Source: Candidatus Poribacteria bacterium (GTDB taxonomy: Bacteria; Poribacteria; WGA-4E; PCPOR2b). From it: a stretch of DNA of 64,000 bases. The position numbers and the translations under genes are program-made. A model generated the notes under the pieces. That model did not search any database and was not told the origin of the DNA. It saw nothing but the letters and a program-made list of their open reading frames with translations. This document shows, piece after piece, positions 58,920 to 64,000 of this stretch. The DNA is taken from contig OZ220744.1 in the NCBI GenBank assembly GCA_965116925.1, positions 4,576,001 to 4,640,000 of the forward strand, read 5' to 3'. Position 1 is the first letter of the stretch. Every line of letters begins with the position of its first letter.

Positions 58920-59876
58920 CTATCGAGCGATGCGAAACCCAATCACAAATTCCGTGTACTCCTTACTGAAGAAATCGTAACTTGTGCATGTGCTATAATC
59001 GTGATTGTAGTACCAAGCCCCACCCCGTACCACGCGGAAGTGTGGGTTGTCTTCGTCATACCATGTACTCGTCCACTCCCACACGTTACCGAGCATATCG
59101 TAACAACCGAAGGGGCTAACCCCATCTGGAAAGGCACCCACAGGGGTTGTGCCGCCCGCGCCAAGCTCTACGGTGTTGCAGCGCGGTCTGTCGATTTCAT
59201 CTCCCCACGGAAATATACTTCCATGGTCACCGCGGCATGTCCGTTCCCACTCCTCAAAGGTAGGTAATCGGCAAGCTGCCCACGCTGCATACACTTCCGC
59301 ATCCTCACAACTCACCTCCACGACCGGGTGATCTCCCCTCTTCTCTGGATATGCTCCGTCCTCCCAAGATTGTGGATGCCGATGCCCTGTCGCCTGAATG
59401 AACCGCTGGTACTGTGCATTCGTCACCGGGTAGCAAGCTATCTGGAATCCCTCCACCCAGAGTGGGGTCAACTCCTCACCGATCAGCACCTCTCCGGTAG
59501 GGATGCCAACCATGTTATCCAAAACCTGAAAGGCGGCATCACGGACGTTTTGATCCGTGTGATTGAGGGCATGACCGAGCGGTGAGATAACCTCTCCGAT
59601 CGGCGGCGTTGTGAGAGGGCGCATCTGCTCCCAGCCGAGATTTGTTGCTAACAGCAGCCGGGCGGTTTCCGTTAAGGATTCCTCAAAGTGCCATGTCCAG
59701 TACTGTTTGAGTAGTTGCTGCAACGCTTCTGGATCATCGCTCTGTGCGAGTGCAACCCGCGTTTTCCGCCGATCTGTCCCGCTCTGCCCGTTCAGCGTCT
59801 CCAACTTTATCAATTCTGGCAATGTGTCTCCCACTTTCTCAGAACTCAGATGCGTATCACTCCAATGCCGATACAT
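58920..59876 (-). CDS. FGE-sulfatase (SUMF1-like) domain protein with a helical HEAT-like N-terminus
   Basis: YPVTNAQY, HPVV.VS, RLPT..EWE, DMLGNVWEW, RGGAW, GFR. Confidence 0.85.
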   Translation of the reverse strand: MYRHWSDTHLSSEKVGDTLPELIKLETLNGQSGTDRRKTRVALAQSDDPEALQQLLKQYWTWHFEESLTETARLLLATNLGWEQMRPLTTPPIGEVISPLGHALNHTDQNVRDAAFQVLDNMVGIPTGEVLIGEELTPLWVEGFQIACYPVTNAQYQRFIQATGHRHPQSWEDGAYPEKRGDHPVVEVSCEDAEVYAAWAACRLPTFEEWERTCRGDHGSIFPWGDEIDRPRCNTVELGAGGTTPVGAFPDGVSPFGCYDMLGNVWEWTSTWYDEDNPHFRVVRGGAWYYNHDYSTCTSYDFFSKEYTEFVIGFRIAR

Positions 59877-60993
59877 CCTCCACCAGTTGCTTCAACCGTC
59901 TCAGGAACTGTGCGGCGATTACACCGTCAACAACTCGATGATCACACGACAGCGTCAGTGCCACCCGCACCCCCGGCACTACCCGCCCCTCTTTGACCAC
60001 AGGCTTCTCCACAACTGTTCCAACAGCGAGAATCGCCGCTTCCGGCGCGTGGATAATGGCATGAAAGGTTTCGATGTCGTACATCCCCAAGTTCGTAATG
60101 CTAAACCCCGCACCGGATGCATCATCCGCCGAAAGCTTTCCAGACCGCGCCCCATCGACCAGCGAACGCACAGTTTCGGCAATTTCGGCAAGCGAACTTT
60201 GATCAGCATCGCGTATCACAGGCACAACCAGCCCATCCTCCACTGCGGTGATTAGCCCGACGTTCACTGCGTGCGGGATGGCAAACGCATCGCCCTCAAC
60301 CTGCGCTCGCATTTGAGGGTATTCGCGGAGTGCCAATCCGGCTGCCTTGACGAAACAGTGGGTGATTGAGATGTTCGCTGGACGGTCATTCAAAAGCGAC
60401 GCTGCATCCGCCTCTAATGTCAGGTAGAAGTGCGGGGCACTTTGGAAACTCTCTTGCGTCATCCGAGCGATCGCACGACGCATTGAACTCATTGGCACCA
60501 GATCGACATCCGACGCCGCCCGACTATCTTCGATTGCACGTTCCACATCCCCGGTTGTTATCGCGCCACCGGGACCGCTACCCGATAGTTCTGTTAGGTC
60601 AATTCCGTGTTCTGCTGCGAGCTTCCGGGCGGCGGGGGATGCCCGTACCCGCCCCGTTGCCGCACGACGCGGACGCGTTGATGGACTCGGAGCTGCGCTT
60701 GCCTGCGTTGCTTCAGGAGTTGGGGGGGGAGTGTCCTCAACTTCGGGGATAGGCTCATCCGCTTCGCCGATAAAGCCCATCGTCACACCCACGGGTCGCT
60801 TCTCCCCTTCGTGGATAAGTATCTTGCGTAGGAGCCCCGATGCGGGTGCAGTAATCTCAATGGTTGTTTTTTCGGTCTCGACCTCACACAGGAGTTGTCC
60901 CTCCTCAACCCGGTCCCCCTCTGCCACACTCCATCCGATAACCGTTGACGCCTCACTGCTGAAACCTGATTTGGGAAGCACGATAGGTGTCAT
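59857..60993 (-). CDS. acoC: Dihydrolipoamide acyltransferase E2
   Basis: Lipoyl ETEKT, E3-binding ASPAARKLA, catalytic DHRVVDG. Confidence 0.85.
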   Translation of the reverse strand: MTPIVLPKSGFSSEASTVIGWSVAEGDRVEEGQLLCEVETEKTTIEITAPASGLLRKILIHEGEKRPVGVTMGFIGEADEPIPEVEDTPPPTPEATQASAAPSPSTRPRRAATGRVRASPAARKLAAEHGIDLTELSGSGPGGAITTGDVERAIEDSRAASDVDLVPMSSMRRAIARMTQESFQSAPHFYLTLEADAASLLNDRPANISITHCFVKAAGLALREYPQMRAQVEGDAFAIPHAVNVGLITAVEDGLVVPVIRDADQSSLAEIAETVRSLVDGARSGKLSADDASGAGFSITNLGMYDIETFHAIIHAPEAAILAVGTVVEKPVVKEGRVVPGVRVALTLSCDHRVVDGVIAAQFLRRLKQLVEDVSALE

Positions 60994-62012
60994 ACAGACA
61001 TGACCTCCTGAATCGTTGCCACAACCCGTTCTTGAGAGGGGATGTAGGCATTTTCCAATGTCGGACTGAAGGGCACAGGCGTGTGGGGTGCGGTGATGCG
61101 TTTAATCGGTGCCTCAAGACTATAGAACGCCTCGTCTGCTGCTAACGCTGCGATGTCTGTGGCGAGACTGCAGCGAGGGGTGTCCTCATCGACAATCACG
61201 AGGCGACCTGTCTTCTCCACCGAATCCAGAATGGTTCCACCGTCCAACGGACTGAGCGTCCGTGGATCGATTACTTCAACACTGACCCCTTCGGCTTCAA
61301 GCGTCTCCGCCGCGGATAGTGCCACGTTGACCATCTTCGCTATGGCAACGACAGTTATATCGCTGCCCTCGCGTCTGACCTCCGCCACCCCCAAAGGGAC
61401 GGTGTACGGTTCTTCAGGCACATGTCCCTTCTCACCTAACAGCGTCTTGTGTTCAAGGAAAAACACCGGATCATCGTCCCGAATGGCGGAAATCATCAGT
61501 CCCTTGGCATCGTAGGGCGTGGTGGGGATTACCACTTTCAAGCCGGGGATGTGTGTGAAGATGGAATAGAGGCTCTGCGAGTGTTGTGCCGCCGCGTTTA
61601 CCCCTGCCCCAATCAGCGCACGGACGACCATCGGAACCTTCGCCTTGCCGCCGAACATGTAGCGCAGTTTCGCTCCCTGATTGTAAATCTGATCCATGGG
61701 TATACCAAAAAAGTCGATGAACATCAACGCAGCAATGGGGCGTAAGCCCGTTGCCGCCGCACCAACGGCTGCCCCGATAAAGCCCGCCTCACTGATCGGC
61801 GTGTCGCGCACCCGATTGCGTCCAAACTTGCTGACTAACCCGCGGGTAATGCCCATCGGTCCGCCCCAAGAATCCTCGGCACCCGGCTCGTCTGATCCGG
61901 CACCGCCAACGATATCCTCACCCATGATAATGACCGAAGCGTCGCGCTCCATCTCCTGATGAAGTGCTTCACGGATAGCCAATCCAAGGGTCATTGTACG
62001 TTCTTCGCCCAT
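60990..62012 (-). CDS. acoB: Acetoin dehydrogenase-type E1 beta subunit
   Basis: GED, the AcoB-like insertion GGAG...DSWGG, DTPISE, AAQHSQ. Confidence 0.8.
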   Translation of the reverse strand: MGEERTMTLGLAIREALHQEMERDASVIIMGEDIVGGAGSDEPGAEDSWGGPMGITRGLVSKFGRNRVRDTPISEAGFIGAAVGAAATGLRPIAALMFIDFFGIPMDQIYNQGAKLRYMFGGKAKVPMVVRALIGAGVNAAAQHSQSLYSIFTHIPGLKVVIPTTPYDAKGLMISAIRDDDPVFFLEHKTLLGEKGHVPEEPYTVPLGVAEVRREGSDITVVAIAKMVNVALSAAETLEAEGVSVEVIDPRTLSPLDGGTILDSVEKTGRLVIVDEDTPRCSLATDIAALAADEAFYSLEAPIKRITAPHTPVPFSPTLENAYIPSQERVVATIQEVMSV

Positions 62013-62992
62013 TATATCACCTCCTGATAATCAACGTAAACGTCTGTCGTCACTTCGCTCGCATCGGGGAAGGGGCTGTTAGCAGCAAATTCGACCGCCG
62101 CCTCAATGGCATCGGCAACCTGTGCATCAATTGCATCCAGTTCGCCATCCGCCAACAATCCTTGTTCGACGACACGATTTCGGAACCGCAGGATGGCACA
62201 ATGATTGGTTCGATACTCCTCAATTTCCTCCCTCGACCGATATCCCTGCGTATCGCCTTCGTAATGACCATAAAAGCGGTAGGTCTGGCACTCCAACAGT
62301 GTGGGACCTTCTCCTGCTCGTGCCCTGTTAATCGCTGCACCTGTTGTTTCGTAAACGTCGAACAGATCCAAACCATCGACAGTAACGCCGGGGATGCCGT
62401 AGGCTTGAGCGCGTGCGGCAATGTCGCCGCCAGCCGAGGCGTATTTCACGCTGGTCGATTGGGCGTAGCGGTTGTTCTCCACAACAAATATGGCTGGGAG
62501 TTTCCAGATGGCTGCCAAGTTCAAGCCCTCGTGAAAGGTGCCCTCGTTAGCACCGCCATCACCGAAAAAGCTGACGGCAACCGCTCCACTGCCCTGCACC
62601 TGTGCCGTGAGTGCCGCCCCACAAGCCAGTGGAACACCGCCGCCGACAATGCCGTTAGCACCGAGCATACCCCGGTCTATATCGGCGATGTGCATGGAAC
62701 CGCCCTTACCTTTGCAGGCACCGGTGGCACGTCCATACAACTCCGCCATCATCTCGTTGACACCAACACCCTTGGCGATGCAGTGACCGTGACCACGGTG
62801 AGTGCTGGTAATGCTATCTGCATCGGACAGGTGGGCACAGACACCAACCGCCACCGCTTCTTCCCCTGCGTAAAGGTGAACGAAGCCCGGAATCCGCCCG
62901 GCGGCGTATTCGTCATGCACGCGATCCTCGAACTTACGGATGGTGACCATCCGCTCGTAGATTTCAAGTAGTTTGTCTTTTGGAATGTCCAT
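62012..62992 (-). CDS. acoA: Acetoin dehydrogenase-type E1 alpha subunit (ThDP)
   Basis: PGFVHLYAGEEA, STHRGHGH, GKGGSMH, GDG...ENN; start MDIPK with a GGAGGG RBS. Confidence 0.85.
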   Translation of the reverse strand: MDIPKDKLLEIYERMVTIRKFEDRVHDEYAAGRIPGFVHLYAGEEAVAVGVCAHLSDADSITSTHRGHGHCIAKGVGVNEMMAELYGRATGACKGKGGSMHIADIDRGMLGANGIVGGGVPLACGAALTAQVQGSGAVAVSFFGDGGANEGTFHEGLNLAAIWKLPAIFVVENNRYAQSTSVKYASAGGDIAARAQAYGIPGVTVDGLDLFDVYETTGAAINRARAGEGPTLLECQTYRFYGHYEGDTQGYRSREEIEEYRTNHCAILRFRNRVVEQGLLADGELDAIDAQVADAIEAAVEFAANSPFPDASEVTTDVYVDYQEVI

Positions 62993-63000
62993 ACAATTTC

Positions 63001-63062
63001 CCTCCAATTTGATCAGGATTTCTCCGCGCAGCGGAGTTCTCGCCCGCGGGAAAAGCAACTTA
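63001..63062 (-). repeat. GC-rich stem-loop motif immediately upstream of acoA
   Basis: Ungapped similarity to 63933-63994 (36/41 identical over the core). Confidence 0.7.
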
Positions 63063-63072
63063 ATTTGTATTG

Positions 63073-63924
63073 TCAACCCATCACTAAACCACCGGCGACG
63101 TTGATAGCGAGGCCTGTGAGATAATCGGATTCGGACGAAGCGAGAAAAGCTGCTGTTTTTGCCACATCCTCTCCTACGGCAACCCGTCCCAAGGGAACAT
63201 CCGAATTGCGTTGTCTCATCGCTTCAGCGTGCCGTCCACTGGTCCGCCACTCTTCACCGGTAATATCTTCTGACGATAGCGCAGCCGCTATGTAACTTAC
63301 CCGCTCTGTATCGACAATGCCGGGACAGATGGCGTTCACGTTAATGTGATGAGGTGCTAATTCCTGTACTAAGGCTTGGGTAAAGCCGATGACTCCGAAT
63401 TTGGAGGCGGCATACGCTGCACAACGTGCCGAACCCTGTTTACCCAACATAGAGGACACGGTAATGATCTTTCCGCCCTCGCCACGGTTTATCATGTGCC
63501 GAGCAACTGCTCTACAACAAAGAAAAGTCCCTTTGAGGTTGATTTTGTGCACGGTATCCCACGCCTCTTCCTCTAGTTCGACCACCGGCACACGGTCGGG
63601 ACCAGGACGAGAGCCGGCATTGTTCACAAAGATGTCTATATGCCCGAACCGCTCAACGCCTTCATTCACCAATGCATCTACCTGATCGGTGCTGGATACA
63701 TCTGCTAAAATAGCTATTGCCTGTTGACCGAACCCTTCAATTTCACGGACGACGGAAGGGACTCCCTCCCAATCGTTTGAGTCATAGGCATAAGGATCGC
63801 TGACAACGTCATTGACAATGACATCGGCGCCCTCCTTGGCGAGACGTGTCGCAATTGCACGACCAATGCCGTGCTCACCACCTGCACCTGTCACCAAGGC
63901 AACCTTCCCGTTAAGATTGTACAT
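63073..63924 (-). CDS. Short-chain dehydrogenase/reductase
   Basis: TGAGG..GIG, NNAG, YAASK, ICPG.VDT. Confidence 0.92.
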   Translation of the reverse strand: MYNLNGKVALVTGAGGEHGIGRAIATRLAKEGADVIVNDVVSDPYAYDSNDWEGVPSVVREIEGFGQQAIAILADVSSTDQVDALVNEGVERFGHIDIFVNNAGSRPGPDRVPVVELEEEAWDTVHKINLKGTFLCCRAVARHMINRGEGGKIITVSSMLGKQGSARCAAYAASKFGVIGFTQALVQELAPHHINVNAICPGIVDTERVSYIAAALSSEDITGEEWRTSGRHAEAMRQRNSDVPLGRVAVGEDVAKTAAFLASSESDYLTGLAINVAGGLVMG

Positions 63925-63932
63925 GTGATTTT

Positions 63933-63994
63933 CTTCCGAATTCATCGGGTTTCCTCCGCGCAGCGGAATCCTCGCTCGCGGGAAAGACAACTTA
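63933..63994 (-). repeat. Second copy of the stem-loop motif, upstream of the SDR gene
   Basis: See 63001-63062. Confidence 0.7.
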
Positions 63995-64000
63995 TAGTAG

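Noticed and set aside
58920..59876. FGE-domain gene as a DGR target
   Set aside because: No template repeat of its 3' end and no reverse transcriptase were seen in this window.

Overview
Bacterial chromosomal segment, most likely Candidatus Poribacteria or a close relative. This is an inference from the LamG, LRR, TPR, FG-GAP and cohesin surface proteins with a conserved '...TWGxIK' C-terminus, the many Gfo/Idh/MocA, PhyH and sialidase enzymes, and the dense GTAG-type REP repeats. Contents in order: the 3' end of a putative restriction endonuclease and a lone hsdM; a hisI-trpE-methyltransferase-trpG operon; ubiX; a MazF-type toxin-antitoxin pair; an internally deleted aroF; sugar/inositol-like catabolic genes; four LamG genes; two paralogous large membrane proteins; hflX; a TAXI solute-binding protein; an internalin-like LRR protein; enolase-superfamily genes; a repeat-rich decayed region; a Cre-like tyrosine recombinase; wcaJ; and an acoABC-like operon. 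The main finding is an unannotated 33-codon leader peptide (5832-5933, minus strand) containing HHWHWWWH. With its promoter, alternative pairings and intrinsic terminator it forms what looks like a dual histidine/tryptophan-sensing attenuator for the mixed his-trp operon. Also notable: a shared C-terminal sorting-like motif on six secreted proteins, a 108-bp TA-flanked MITE family carrying REP cargo, and orphaned dockerin and FlgD-Ig modules. No rRNA, tRNA or CRISPR array was recognised.
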